Shown: positions 1 through 11,648, counted from the first letter of the stretch. The stretch: DNA of 64,000 nucleotides from an uncultured Gemmatimonadales bacterium (GCA_963817435.1 CAWFNY010000003.1:517065-581064), one strand, 5' to 3'. Translations and numbers: made by a program. Notes: a model not told the origin generated them from the letters alone.

Positions 1-244
1 GAGCGAGATGTCGGTGTCTGGCCATCGTGTCCAATCCCGAAAAATCCATGATACGCGCGGGTGCCTTGACTGTGTGGAAGGTACCGAACCGAGGCTCCCG
101 GTCAATCGGGGAGCGCTTCGCCTGCATGGATGATGTGACCAGGTGACACGACGCGTGTACCAAGGCTACGCGGAATGGCGCGGGGTTCTTCCGGAAGCAG
201 TGGGGGGATGCACGCCAAAGGCGAGCGGGCAAGTACTCGAAGGT

Positions 245-595
245 CGGACGTGGCTGGTACCCCACGAACACCTCCCGGATCTGCTCGGGGTCGCCGAGGT
301 CCGCCGCGGCGTCCGAAATGGCGTGGTACTTGAGCCGGAGGAGCGGGGCGAGCTGCTCCTGCGCCAGCTCTTCCACCCCGACCCTTACGCACTGGGTCAG
401 CACGAAGTTCAGATCCCGGCCGAACCCCTTCTCGGCCAGGCCCTCCGGCAGCCTGCCGAAGGGCATCTCCATGAACTGCTGCGCCGACATCGGCGTTCCG
501 TCGGGATGCCGGAAGGTGGTCACCATCATGTGCTGAATGGTGCGAGCCCTTCCGTCCGCCAGCTTCACTTTGATCTTCTTCTGCCGCGGCCAGGA
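245..595 (-). pseudogene. Type I restriction enzyme R-subunit C-terminal (EcoEI_R_C-like) fragment. The frame stays open to the left window edge.
   Basis: Own translation of a minus frame that is absent from the ORF track because it has no in-window stop: KKIKVKLADGRARTIQHMMVTTFRHPDGTPMSAQQFMEMPFGRLPEGLAEKGF...LLRLKYHAISDAAADLGDPEQIREVFVGYQ. This resembles the extreme C-terminus of EcoEI-type HsdR. An in-frame stop at 596-598 lies immediately upstream, so the helicase/nuclease core is missing. Confidence 0.4.
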
Positions 596-681
596 TCAGG
601 TCCGAAGGAGGCGCACCGAAGAACGGAGGCGGGGAACAGGCCTCGTGAGGCCGCGCCCCGACGAGAAGCCCCCCGAGCCCT

Positions 682-3369
<2,688 letters not shown>

Positions 3370-3448
3370 GGTCGGCGCCTGAGGGGAAGAGGCCGTTACA
3401 CTGGTGATTCCTGCAGGGGAGAACGCAATCGGTGCCGCGATCCCGACA

Positions 3449-4033
3449 TCACCCCTCGGTGCTGTCCGCGGATTCGTCGGGGCGGAGCGCCTGGTGCAGC
3501 AGCGCCCGCGCCTTGCGCCAGTCGCGCTGCACGGTCCGCTCACTCACGCCGCGGAGCCCAGCGATCTCCACGAAATCGAGTCCGCAGAAGAAGTGCAGGT
3601 CCACCAGTTCGGCGAGTCCTGCATCCACCGAGGCGAGCTGATCGAGGGCCTCGCTCAGCTCGCCGAGTTCGGCGGCCTCGTTCCCCGGGGCTTCGGAATC
3701 CCCCTCCTCGAGCGGGAGGAGATGGAATTCGCCGCCCCGCTTCGCCGCGGAGCGGCGGCGGGCGTAGTCCACGATCAAACCGCGCATCGCCTTGGAGGCA
3801 TAACCCAAGAACCGGGCCCGGTCGGGGAAGCGGGCATCGCGGCGGGCGGAGACGTTGAGGTAGGCCTCGTGCAGGAGGGTCGTGGTGCCGAGCGAGAAGC
3901 CCTGGTCCTGATGGTGGAGGTGATGGCGCGCGAGGTCGTGCAGCTCCCGGTAGAGCAGCGCAAAGCAATCCTCGGGGGAGCCGAGGGGCGCGGAAGGGTC
4001 CGTGGGATTGGAACGAGAATCGGGACCGGCCAT
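3449..4033 (-). CDS. ECF-type RNA polymerase sigma factor (TIGR02999-like, kinase-associated type)
   Basis: ORF 3449..4468. Plausible start at ATG 4033 (MAGPDSRSN...). Region 2-like LLHEAYL, and a region 4 HTH: FFCGLDFVEIAGLRGVSERTVQRDWRKARALL. Confidence 0.88.
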   Translation of the reverse strand: MAGPDSRSNPTDPSAPLGSPEDCFALLYRELHDLARHHLHHQDQGFSLGTTTLLHEAYLNVSARRDARFPDRARFLGYASKAMRGLIVDYARRRSAAKRGGEFHLLPLEEGDSEAPGNEAAELGELSEALDQLASVDAGLAELVDLHFFCGLDFVEIAGLRGVSERTVQRDWRKARALLHQALRPDESADSTEG

Positions 4034-4196
4034 CACCGTCACTGGGTGGAGGTGCTCCGAATATGCCGTGAACGGTCCCCGGGAGATAGCACCGCTGTCG
4101 GGTTCCGGACCGTGATTCCGATTACCAGATACAGGGTCACTGCAACGGCGCGTGCCGGCTGTCCCTTGCCTTCCCCCCAAACGGAGCCGTCGACCC

Positions 4197-5570
4197 ATGA
4201 AGAAGAGACTTCTGGCTGCCTTCGTGGCCGCGAGCGTGGCCGGACTTGCGGCATGCGCCGATTCGTCCAACGCCCCCGATCCCTCCGCCCGGGCCTCGGT
4301 AGCGATCCCGGTGTCCGATTCCTTCGTCGCCCTGGTGCGCCAGCTCGCGGCGGGCCGGGGTGTCACGCCGATGCCCAAGCCGCCTGTGGTGCGGCCGGCG
4401 CTGGTGCGGCTCGGCCAGGCGCTCGCCTTCGACAAGATCCTGAGCGGCAATCGTGACATCTCCTGCATGACCTGTCACCTGCCGCCGCTCGCGACTGGCG
4501 ATGCCCGGAGTCTCTCGATCGGGCAGGGAGCAACCGGGCTCGGACCCAATCGGGTACATCCGACGGGTGCATTCATTCCGCGCAACGCGCCCTCGCTCTT
4601 CAATCTGACGGCGATGAAGTCGCTGTTCTGGGATGGCCGCGTGACTGTCGATGCCCAGGGGAAGTTCCAGACGCCGGCGGGGGAGCAGATCACGCCAGGC
4701 ATGGCCCGGGTGATGGAATTCGGGCCGGTCTCCGCGCTGGCGCTCTTCCCGGTGACCTCGCGGGAGGAGATGCGGGCGCAGTCCGGCAACGAGCTTGCCG
4801 CGATTCCCGACGCGGACAATCCGGCGATCTGGGCGGCGCTGATGCGCCGGCTGGGCGCGATTCCCGAATATCGCCGGATGTTCGAGCAGGCCTATCCTGG
4901 CACCCGGTTCGAGGCGATGACCTTCGCTCATGCCTCGAATGCCATCGGAGGCTTCCTGATCGACAAGTTCTCGTTCGTGAACTCGCCGTGGGACCGGTTC
5001 CTCGCAGGCGACAACCATGCGCTGAATGGGGAGCAGCTCGCGGGAGCGCAGGTCTTCATGACCATCAAGTGCTCGCTCTGTCACAACGGGCCGGCGTTCA
5101 CCGACAACAAGTTCCACGACGTGGCGGTGGCGCAGTTCGGTCCGGGGAAGGGGAACGGACCCGACGGGCACGATGACTTCGGTCGCATGAACGTGACCGG
5201 ACAGGCGAGCGACCAGTACCTCTTCCGCACCACGCCGCTCCGCAACGTGGTGATGACCGGACCATACGGACATGATGGTGCCATCGCGGACCTGCACGGC
5301 TTCATCGAGCACTACAGCGAGTCGGACCTCAAGCTCAGGGCGTTCGACGCCACCACCCTGGAGCCGCTCTTGCAGCCGACCCTGGTCTTCAACTTCGACG
5401 GCATCCTGGCCAACCGGGACACCATCATCCGCGGCGTCGTGCTCCCGCCCACAGTGGTGGATGAGCTGACGATCTTCATGGGCGCGCTCACCGACCCGGC
5501 GGCGAAGAACCTCAGTCGCACCGTTCCGGCCCGCGTGCCGAGCGGCCTGCCGGTAGACGGACGGTTGTAG
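4197..5570 (+). CDS. Di-haem cytochrome c peroxidase (CCP/MauG family) lipoprotein
   Basis: ORF 4152..5570. ATG at 4197 gives MKKRLLAAFVAASVAGLAAC (lipobox). Two CxxCH motifs (CMTCH, CSLCH), plus the family-typical FRTTPLRNV and GPYGHDG. Confidence 0.9.
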   Translation: MKKRLLAAFVAASVAGLAACADSSNAPDPSARASVAIPVSDSFVALVRQLAAGRGVTPMPKPPVVRPALVRLGQALAFDKILSGNRDISCMTCHLPPLATGDARSLSIGQGATGLGPNRVHPTGAFIPRNAPSLFNLTAMKSLFWDGRVTVDAQGKFQTPAGEQITPGMARVMEFGPVSALALFPVTSREEMRAQSGNELAAIPDADNPAIWAALMRRLGAIPEYRRMFEQAYPGTRFEAMTFAHASNAIGGFLIDKFSFVNSPWDRFLAGDNHALNGEQLAGAQVFMTIKCSLCHNGPAFTDNKFHDVAVAQFGPGKGNGPDGHDDFGRMNVTGQASDQYLFRTTPLRNVVMTGPYGHDGAIADLHGFIEHYSESDLKLRAFDATTLEPLLQPTLVFNFDGILANRDTIIRGVVLPPTVVDELTIFMGALTDPAAKNLSRTVPARVPSGLPVDGRL

Positions 5571-5627
5571 CCGGAGGGCAACCGGTTTCGGGTTGTGCGC
5601 GGGGGCGACCAGCCGCAGGGCGACCGG

Positions 5628-5649
5628 CCGGTAGCCCCTACGGCTACGG
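5628..5649. terminator. Hairpin between convergent genes (candidate bidirectional terminator)
   Basis: ccgGTAGCC-cctac-GGCTACgg between the CCP stop (5570) and the SGNH hydrolase stop (5644). It overlaps the latter stop codon. Confidence 0.35.
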
Positions 5650-6336
5650 CATCCCCAGCGCCCTCGCGATCGCCGGCTCCACCAGTTGCGCCATCACCTC
5701 GTAGCCCGCGGCATTCGGATGCACGCCATCCTCCGAGTACTCCCGCCGCATGCCCTGCCGCTCGTCCGCCATCGCGGAGTGGAAATCGAGAAAGACCGCG
5801 TTGTGCGCCTCGGCATATTCCCGCATCCAGGTATTGAGCGCGACGATCTTCGGCGCCGGCTCCAGGCCGGGGCGCCAGGGATAGTCGTACACCGGGAGCA
5901 CCGAGCAGAGCACGACCCGGATGCCGTTCGCCTGTGCCATCTCGGTCATCGCGGCAAGGTTGTCCTCGATCATCTCGATGGTGGATGGCCCGGTGTTCCC
6001 GGCGATATCATTGGTGCCACCCAGAATGACAACGACCTTCGGCCCGAGCGCAATGACATCCTGATGGAACCGCAGGACCATCTGCGGCGTGGTCTGCCCG
6101 CTGATCCCCCGGCCGATGTAGGGCTTGCCCGGAAACTGCGTCGCGAAGAGTGGAGCCCAGGCCTCGGTGATGGAGTTGCCCATGAAGACCACGCGGGCCT
6201 CGTCCCGGGCCGCTTCGGGCAGGTCGGCATTGGCCGCTCGATAGCGACCGAGATTCGCCCAGTCGGTCACTTCGGACTGGGCCGCAAGCCGGCTCGCGGC
6301 GGCGAGCATGAGTAGCGCGAGGGACGCTGAGGTCAT
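5644..6336 (-). CDS. SGNH/GDSL-family hydrolase, secreted
   Basis: ORF 5644..6363. Blocks FMGNSITE (Ser), GGTNDI, DGVHPN (Asp/His). N-terminal signal MTSASLALLMLAAASRLAAQ. Confidence 0.85.
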   Translation of the reverse strand: MTSASLALLMLAAASRLAAQSEVTDWANLGRYRAANADLPEAARDEARVVFMGNSITEAWAPLFATQFPGKPYIGRGISGQTTPQMVLRFHQDVIALGPKVVVILGGTNDIAGNTGPSTIEMIEDNLAAMTEMAQANGIRVVLCSVLPVYDYPWRPGLEPAPKIVALNTWMREYAEAHNAVFLDFHSAMADERQGMRREYSEDGVHPNAAGYEVMAQLVEPAIARALGMP

Positions 6337-6464
6337 GTCAGAACCGGCGGTGAAGGGAAACAATGTTGTGACGACTGCCGCGGGTGGGAGGTCTCACCTT
6401 CACAGGTGCGTGGTATCCGGACCGGCTCAAGACGCAACACTCCGCCCTCTGGAGGCGGTGCATC

Positions 6465-6923
6465 ATGCGGACAACTTCGCTATTGCTGTCCCTGTCGGCA
6501 CTGATGGCCTGTTCCGATTCGTCCGGAATCAGCCTGAGCGAGTTGCAGGCACAGCAGGCCCGCTGGCGGAGCCACTTCATCCGCGACTACCAGTACCTCT
6601 ACGAGCAGACCGGATTCAACACCTCGATCAGTAACCGAACCATCCGGGTGATTGTCCTGGGGGATACGGTCCGCGGCGCCAATGATACCCTGACGGGCGA
6701 CTCGATTCCCGTCGCCTGGGGTGTCATTCCGACCGTGGATGGCCTGTTCGACTCCGCCATCTCCGGACTCGGCAACGGTTCCCTCACCCTGATCAGATTC
6801 GACCCCGCACTCGGCTATCCTGTCCAGCTCGATCTCGCCGGGCCGCCTGACGCCGCCGGCAGCATTCTCGCATCCAATCTCCAGCCCCTGTTCACCGACC
6901 CGCCATCAGCGCCCACGCACTGA
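6465..6923 (+). CDS. Hypothetical lipoprotein (DUF6174-like by recollection)
   Basis: ORF 6384..6923. The internal ATG at 6465 gives MRTTSLLLSLSALMAC (lipobox). No catalytic motif recognised. Confidence 0.55.
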   Translation: MRTTSLLLSLSALMACSDSSGISLSELQAQQARWRSHFIRDYQYLYEQTGFNTSISNRTIRVIVLGDTVRGANDTLTGDSIPVAWGVIPTVDGLFDSAISGLGNGSLTLIRFDPALGYPVQLDLAGPPDAAGSILASNLQPLFTDPPSAPTH

Positions 6924-7173
6924 CCATAACGAGAGAACCTCCGCGACTCCGCGCGAGGCTCAGCATAGTCTCATCCAGCGCTCTCCCTCTCCGCGTCGAC
7001 TCAGCCGCCCCCGTCCTCGCGCTGCCGACCTTCCCGCCGAAGCTGCAGGGTCCGGGGGGGGTACGGCAAGCTGCGCCTGCCAATGTCGATTCTGTCCGGG
7101 CCTGTTCGTCGTATTCAGGAAGCCGTCAGGATGTCCTCACCCAAGCTACGATCAAGACAGGAGTTACCCTCGA

Positions 7174-7506
7174 ATGCGATACCTGGTGATTCACCACCCC
7201 GGCCCCGCCAGCGGGCCGCCAAATCCCGAGCTCATGGCGGAAATGGGGAGGTTCGTGGAGGCGGAGATGAAGTCCGGCCGACTGCTCGCGACGGGCGGAT
7301 TGCTGCCGGTCGCGCAGGGCGGCGCGCGGGTGAAGTCCGAGCGGGGGAAGTTCACCGTGCTCGACGGGCCATTTACAGAATCAAAGGAGTTGATCGCCGG
7401 CTTCGCGCTGATGGAGCTCAAGTCCCGGGACGAGGCGGTGGATGCCAGCCGGCGATTCTACGCGATCGCCGGGGATGGAACCGGCGAGATCTTCCAGGTG
7501 ATCTAG
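7174..7506 (+). CDS. YCII-related (DGPF) domain protein
   Basis: 110 aa ORF with an AGGAG Shine-Dalgarno upstream. Motif LDGPFTESKELIAGF is typical of YCII/COG3795 proteins. Confidence 0.85.
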   Translation: MRYLVIHHPGPASGPPNPELMAEMGRFVEAEMKSGRLLATGGLLPVAQGGARVKSERGKFTVLDGPFTESKELIAGFALMELKSRDEAVDASRRFYAIAGDGTGEIFQVI

Positions 7507-7598
7507 CCCGAATCCGGCACCGGTGGTGGTGCCGACGCCTGGAACCGATATTCTTGCGCAGGTCACTCAACGACAATGACAGATCGAGAGCGAATGCC

Positions 7599-7994
7599 AT
7601 GCGTTTCATGATGCTGATGATCCCGAAGGACTATGCCCAGGCGTCGGTGGACAAGCGCCCCGAGGCCGAAGCCGTCGCCCGCATGATGAAGTACAACCAG
7701 TCGCTCATCGATGCCGGTGTGATGCTGACGGGCGAGGGACTGCATCCACCGGCGGCCGGCGCCCGGGTGCACTTCTCCAAAGGCAAGCCGAAGATCGTCG
7801 ACGGGCCGTTCACGGAAGCGAAGGAAATGGTCGGCGGCTACTGGATGATCCAGGTCCGCTCGAGGGCCGAGGCGGTGGAATGGGCCTCGCGCTGCCCGGC
7901 GGATGACGGGGACATCATCGAGGTGCGCCAGGTGTTCGACATGTCCGACTTCCCGCCCGACGTGCAGGCGGCGGCAAGCGTGCTCAAGCCCTAG
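7599..7994 (+). CDS. YCII-related (DGPF) domain protein, second copy
   Basis: C-terminal part of ORF 7083..7994, starting at ATG 7599 (MRFMMLMIPKDY...). Motif VDGPFTEAKEMVGGYWMIQV. Confidence 0.85.
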   Translation: MRFMMLMIPKDYAQASVDKRPEAEAVARMMKYNQSLIDAGVMLTGEGLHPPAAGARVHFSKGKPKIVDGPFTEAKEMVGGYWMIQVRSRAEAVEWASRCPADDGDIIEVRQVFDMSDFPPDVQAAASVLKP

Positions 7995-7995
7995 C

Positions 7996-9258
7996 ATGGC
8001 CTCCGGCGACGTCCACGAGACCATCGACGCCGTCTGGCGCATCGAGTCGGCGAGGCTGATCGCCGCGCTCGCGCGGATGACGGGCGACGTGGGCGTCGCC
8101 GAGGACCTCGCTCAGGATGCGCTGGTCGCCGCGCTGGAGAAGTGGCCCGTCACCGGCGTGCCGGACAATCCCGGCGCGTGGCTGATGGCGGCGGCGAAGA
8201 ACCGGGCCATCGACGCCTTCCGCCGTGTGAAGCTGCTCCAGCGGAAACACCAGCTTCTCAGCGTCGATCTCGACGCTCGGCAGGCCTCCATACCGGATCT
8301 CGCGGCCAGTCTGGATGACCCGGTGGGCGACGATCTGCTCGGCCTGATGTTCGCCGCCTGCCATCCGGTGCTGTCAGCCGAGGCGCGGACGGCGCTGACC
8401 CTCAGGCTCCTCGGCGGCCTGACGACCGACGAGATCGCCCGCGCCTATCTCGTTCCCGAGCCGACCATCGCGCAGCGGATCGTCCGCGCCAAGAAGACCC
8501 TGCGTGATGCCGGGGTGACGATCGAAGTCCCCCGCGCTGCCGCGCTCGCCGAGCGGCTCTCCTCGGTGCTCGGCGTGATCTACCTGATCTTCAACGAGGG
8601 ATACTCCGCGACAGCTGGGGAGGACTGGATGCGCCCCGCGCTCTGCGAGGAGGCGCTGCGACTCGGCCGCATCCTGGCCGCGCTCATGCCGGGCGAGCCG
8701 GAGGTGCACGGGCTGGTGGCGCTGATGGAAATCCAGGCCTCGCGCACCGGCGCGAGGACCGACGCCTCGGGTCGTCCGGTGCTGCTCCTCGATCAGGACC
8801 GCTCCAGGTGGGACCGGATCCTCATCAGCCGCGGGCTCGCCGCCCTGGAACGGGCGGATGCCTCAGGCGGACTTCCGGGGACCTATACCATTCAGGCGGC
8901 CATTGCCGCGTGCCACGCCACCGCTCCGACCAGCAAGGCGACCGATTGGGCGCGCATCGTCTCGCTCTACGATCTCCTGACCGTGATCGCACCCTCGCCT
9001 GTCGTGACACTCAACCGCGCCGTGGCGCTCGGCATGCTGAACGGTCCGGGAGAAGGGCTGGAGGCGCTCGAGCCGCTCGAACGAGAGCCCGCCATGGCGC
9101 GGTACTACCTCCTCCCGGCGATTCGCGGCGACTTCCTCTTCAAGCTCGGTCGCTTTGACATGGCGCGGAGCGCCTTCGAGCGCGCCGCTTCGCTCACCCG
9201 GAATGCCCGCGAGCGCGCGCTGCTTACCGAACGCGCCGCCGCCTGCCCGCGCGACTGA
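7996..9258 (+). CDS. ECF sigma factor with a long C-terminal TPR-like extension (COG4941 type)
   Basis: ORF 7903..9258. ATG at 7996, 1 nt after the YCII stop. AEDLAQDALVAALEKWP...NPGAWLMAAAKNRAIDAFRR. About 420 aa, with the C-terminal ~200 aa beyond region 4. Confidence 0.85.
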   Translation: MASGDVHETIDAVWRIESARLIAALARMTGDVGVAEDLAQDALVAALEKWPVTGVPDNPGAWLMAAAKNRAIDAFRRVKLLQRKHQLLSVDLDARQASIPDLAASLDDPVGDDLLGLMFAACHPVLSAEARTALTLRLLGGLTTDEIARAYLVPEPTIAQRIVRAKKTLRDAGVTIEVPRAAALAERLSSVLGVIYLIFNEGYSATAGEDWMRPALCEEALRLGRILAALMPGEPEVHGLVALMEIQASRTGARTDASGRPVLLLDQDRSRWDRILISRGLAALERADASGGLPGTYTIQAAIAACHATAPTSKATDWARIVSLYDLLTVIAPSPVVTLNRAVALGMLNGPGEGLEALEPLEREPAMARYYLLPAIRGDFLFKLGRFDMARSAFERAASLTRNARERALLTERAAACPRD

Positions 9259-9286
9259 TCGCGCGCCCCGGGTCTCCTGAGACTTT

Positions 9287-9306
9287 GCCTCGGCGCAGGC
9301 CGAGGC
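9287..9306 (+). terminator. Hairpin downstream of the sigma gene
   Basis: GCCTCGGC-gcag-GCCGAGGC, a perfect 8-bp stem 29 nt after the stop at 9258. Confidence 0.4.
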
Positions 9307-9348
9307 ATAGATTCGCTCCGCGATTCCCCCGGTTCCGGAGCATTGCGC

Positions 9349-10773
9349 ATGTACTTCCAGCGCTTTTACGACGATAGCCTGGCCCAGACCAGCTACCTCA
9401 TCGGCTGCGCAGCGAATGGGGAAGCGGTGGTGGTAGATCCCAACCGCGACGCCGCGCAGTACATGCAGGCCGCCGAGGCGGAGGGTCTGCGGATCACCCA
9501 TGTCACGGAGACCCACATCCATGCGGACTTTCTCTCCGGCACTCGGGAGCTGGCGCATCTAACCGGTGCGCGGATGCATCTGTCCGATGAGGGCGGGCCG
9601 GGGTGGGAATACGCCTTTGCCAGGCGCGATGGAGCGGTGCTCCTCAAGAACGGAGACCGCTTCATGGTCGGCAACATCCGCTTCGACGTGCTTCACACCC
9701 CCGGCCACACCCCCGAGCACCTCTCCTTCGTGGTGACCGATACCGCCGGCGCCAGTGCGCCGATGGGCATTCTTTCCGGAGACTTCGTCTTTGTGGGTGA
9801 CGTCGGACGACCCGACCTGCTCGAAAAGGCGGCGAAGGTCGCCGGTTCCGCGGATGGGGCCGCGCGGGCGCTCTGGCGGAGTCTCGAGAAGTTTCGCGCG
9901 CTGCCCGACCACCTCCAGGTCTGGCCTGGGCATGGGGCTGGCTCTGCGTGCGGCAAGGGGATGAGCGCGGTGCCGCAGAGCACGGTGGGGTACGAGAAGC
10001 TCTTCAACTGGGCATTCAGCGCGACGTCCGAGAATCAGTTCGTCACCCAGGTGCTCGCCGATCAGCCCGAGCCCCCGAAATACTTCGCCGAGATGAAGCG
10101 GCTCAATCGCGATGGGCCGCCGATCCTCGTGGGAATGCGGCGCCCACCGCGGCTGGAAGCGTACCGGCTCCCTGAACTCCTCGCCGCGGGCGCCGTCGTC
10201 GTCGACGCGCGGCCCAGCGACGCCTTCACGGCGCGGCATGTGCCCGGGACCATTCACCTCCCACTCGGTCGTTCCTTCACCACCTGGGCGGGATGGCTTC
10301 TGCGCTACGACATACCCTTCTATCTGATCGTCAGTGACGACTCAGCGCGATCACTCGATGAAGCCGTCCGGCACCTGGCCTTCATCGGGCTCGACGGTGC
10401 GGCGGGGTGGTTCGGCACGGATGCGGTGGACGCCTGGGGGCGGTCGGGGCGGTCCTACGGGAGCACCGCCGCGCTCACGGCGGCGGAACTCGCGGCCCGG
10501 CAGGAGCGCGGCGAAGTCGAGATCCTCGATGTACGCGGCGAGGCCGAATGGAAGGCGGGACATCTTCCCGGCGCGCAGCACATTCCACTCGGCTACCTCG
10601 CCGACCGGCTCGAGGAAATTCCCGCCGATCGGCCGGTGGTGCTGCATTGCCAGGGCGGCGGGAGATCGCTGATTGCACTCAGCCTGCTCGCGGCGCGGGG
10701 CGTCACGGCGACTTTCAATCTCACAGGTGGTTTCGGCGAGTGGGAGAAGGCCGGGCTGCCCGTCGAGCGCTGA
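9349..10773 (+). CDS. MBL-fold persulfide dioxygenase fused to two rhodanese domains
   Basis: ORF 9343 (TTG)..10773. ATG 9349 has a GGAG upstream. THIHADFLSG and HTPGHTPEH metal motifs. The C-terminal rhodanese active-site loop is HCQGGGRS. Confidence 0.85.
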   Translation: MYFQRFYDDSLAQTSYLIGCAANGEAVVVDPNRDAAQYMQAAEAEGLRITHVTETHIHADFLSGTRELAHLTGARMHLSDEGGPGWEYAFARRDGAVLLKNGDRFMVGNIRFDVLHTPGHTPEHLSFVVTDTAGASAPMGILSGDFVFVGDVGRPDLLEKAAKVAGSADGAARALWRSLEKFRALPDHLQVWPGHGAGSACGKGMSAVPQSTVGYEKLFNWAFSATSENQFVTQVLADQPEPPKYFAEMKRLNRDGPPILVGMRRPPRLEAYRLPELLAAGAVVVDARPSDAFTARHVPGTIHLPLGRSFTTWAGWLLRYDIPFYLIVSDDSARSLDEAVRHLAFIGLDGAAGWFGTDAVDAWGRSGRSYGSTAALTAAELAARQERGEVEILDVRGEAEWKAGHLPGAQHIPLGYLADRLEEIPADRPVVLHCQGGGRSLIALSLLAARGVTATFNLTGGFGEWEKAGLPVER

Positions 10774-10778
10774 TCAGT

Positions 10779-11126
10779 TCACTTCAGCTCTGGAAAATCC
10801 TCTTCCCAGAATTCGGCGGAGTGACGTTCATCTCCGGCCGCGCGCTCCGCTTCCGCCGAGCGGAGCGCCACCCGCCGGATCTTGCCGGAGACGGTCTTTG
10901 GCAGCTCGGCGAATTCAATCCGCCGAATCCGCTTGTACGGCGCAAGCCGCTCGCGGAGGAACCTGAAGATCGCCAGCGCGGTGGCACGTGACGGCTCGAC
11001 CCCCGGTCTCAGCGTGAGAAAGGCCTTGGGTACCGAGAGCCTGATGGCATCGGGACTCGGCACCACGGCCGCCTCGGCGACGGTGAGGAGATTCCGCGCT
11101 TCGAGAAATGGGTCTGGTGCCGTCAC
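10779..11126 (-). CDS. Orphan AMP-binding-enzyme C-terminal domain ORF (possible gene remnant)
   Basis: ORF 10779..11168. VAEAAVVPSPDAIRLSVPKAFLTL...LAPYKRIRRIEFAELPKTVSGKIRRVALR matches the C-terminal subdomain of acyl-CoA synthetases. There is no room upstream for the ~400 aa N-domain. A GTG at 11126 overlaps the stop of the upstream small ORF (GTGA). Confidence 0.5.
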   Translation of the reverse strand: MTAPDPFLEARNLLTVAEAAVVPSPDAIRLSVPKAFLTLRPGVEPSRATALAIFRFLRERLAPYKRIRRIEFAELPKTVSGKIRRVALRSAEAERAAGDERHSAEFWEEDFPELK

Positions 11127-11305
11127 GCCCTGGCAACGCCGCGCAGCAGGCGGACGGCCCAGACACACATCCCTGCCGCGAGGACGGTCAGGAGGATGTA
11201 CCAGGGTTCCCTCGCGAGGAGCGACGATTCGACGACCATGCGCCAGATATGCGCCACGGTGACCAGGCCGAAGATGCCGCCGGTGGTGATCAGGTAGGCT
11301 TTCAT
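11123..11305 (-). CDS. Small two-TM membrane protein, hypothetical
   Basis: Part of ORF 11123..11380. ATG at 11305 gives MKAYLITTGGIFGLVTVAHIWRMVV...WYILLTVLAAGMCVWAVRLL (two hydrophobic helices). Confidence 0.45.
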   Translation of the reverse strand: MKAYLITTGGIFGLVTVAHIWRMVVESSLLAREPWYILLTVLAAGMCVWAVRLLRGVARA

Positions 11306-11312
11306 GGGGTCC

Positions 11313-11648
11313 TCACTCGATGTTCTCCTGCTCGAACCGCGGGTTGGTGTGCACGTCGAGCAGCCGCAGAGTATCCTCACCGATATTGACGAAGCTGTGG
11401 ATCTCTCCCGCCTTCACCACGAAGATGTCTCCGGCCGTGCCCTCGCGCTCGGTGCCGTTGACCGTCCAGCGCCCATGGCCCGCCTGCACAAAGACGATCT
11501 CATCGTACGGGTGGCGATGCGGGGGCGCCCCCCGGCCCGGCGGCGCATCGACCAGATAGACCGAAACCGCGACGTCCCCCTGGTCGGCACCGACGAAGTG
11601 CCGGGACATCCCCTTGAAGGGGAGCGCTTCCTTGTTGGTGACGTGCAT
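11313..11648 (-). CDS. Cupin domain protein
   Basis: ORF 11313..11732. ATG at 11648. PPHRHPYDEIVFV ... GEIHSF cupin metal motifs. Confidence 0.75.
   Translation of the reverse strand: MHVTNKEALPFKGMSRHFVGADQGDVAVSVYLVDAPPGRGAPPHRHPYDEIVFVQAGHGRWTVNGTEREGTAGDIFVVKAGEIHSFVNIGEDTLRLLDVHTNPRFEQENIE

Noticed and set aside
1-598. An active type I restriction-modification system at the left edge.
   Set aside because: Only a ~110-aa C-terminal HsdR-like piece is present, it is preceded by a stop, and no hsdM or hsdS lies within the window.
4034-4196. ECF-type autoregulatory promoter (GGAAC…) upstream of the kinase-linked sigma gene.
   Set aside because: A GGAAC pentamer exists on the minus strand, but no convincing -10 (CGTC/GTC) lies at 16-17 nt spacing. 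The evidence is insufficient.
6924-7173. tRNA or small RNA in the 250-bp gap before the first YCII gene.
   Set aside because: I could not find a cloverleaf-compatible sequence or a T-loop (GGTTCGAATCC-like) motif. It is probably just a promoter/leader region.
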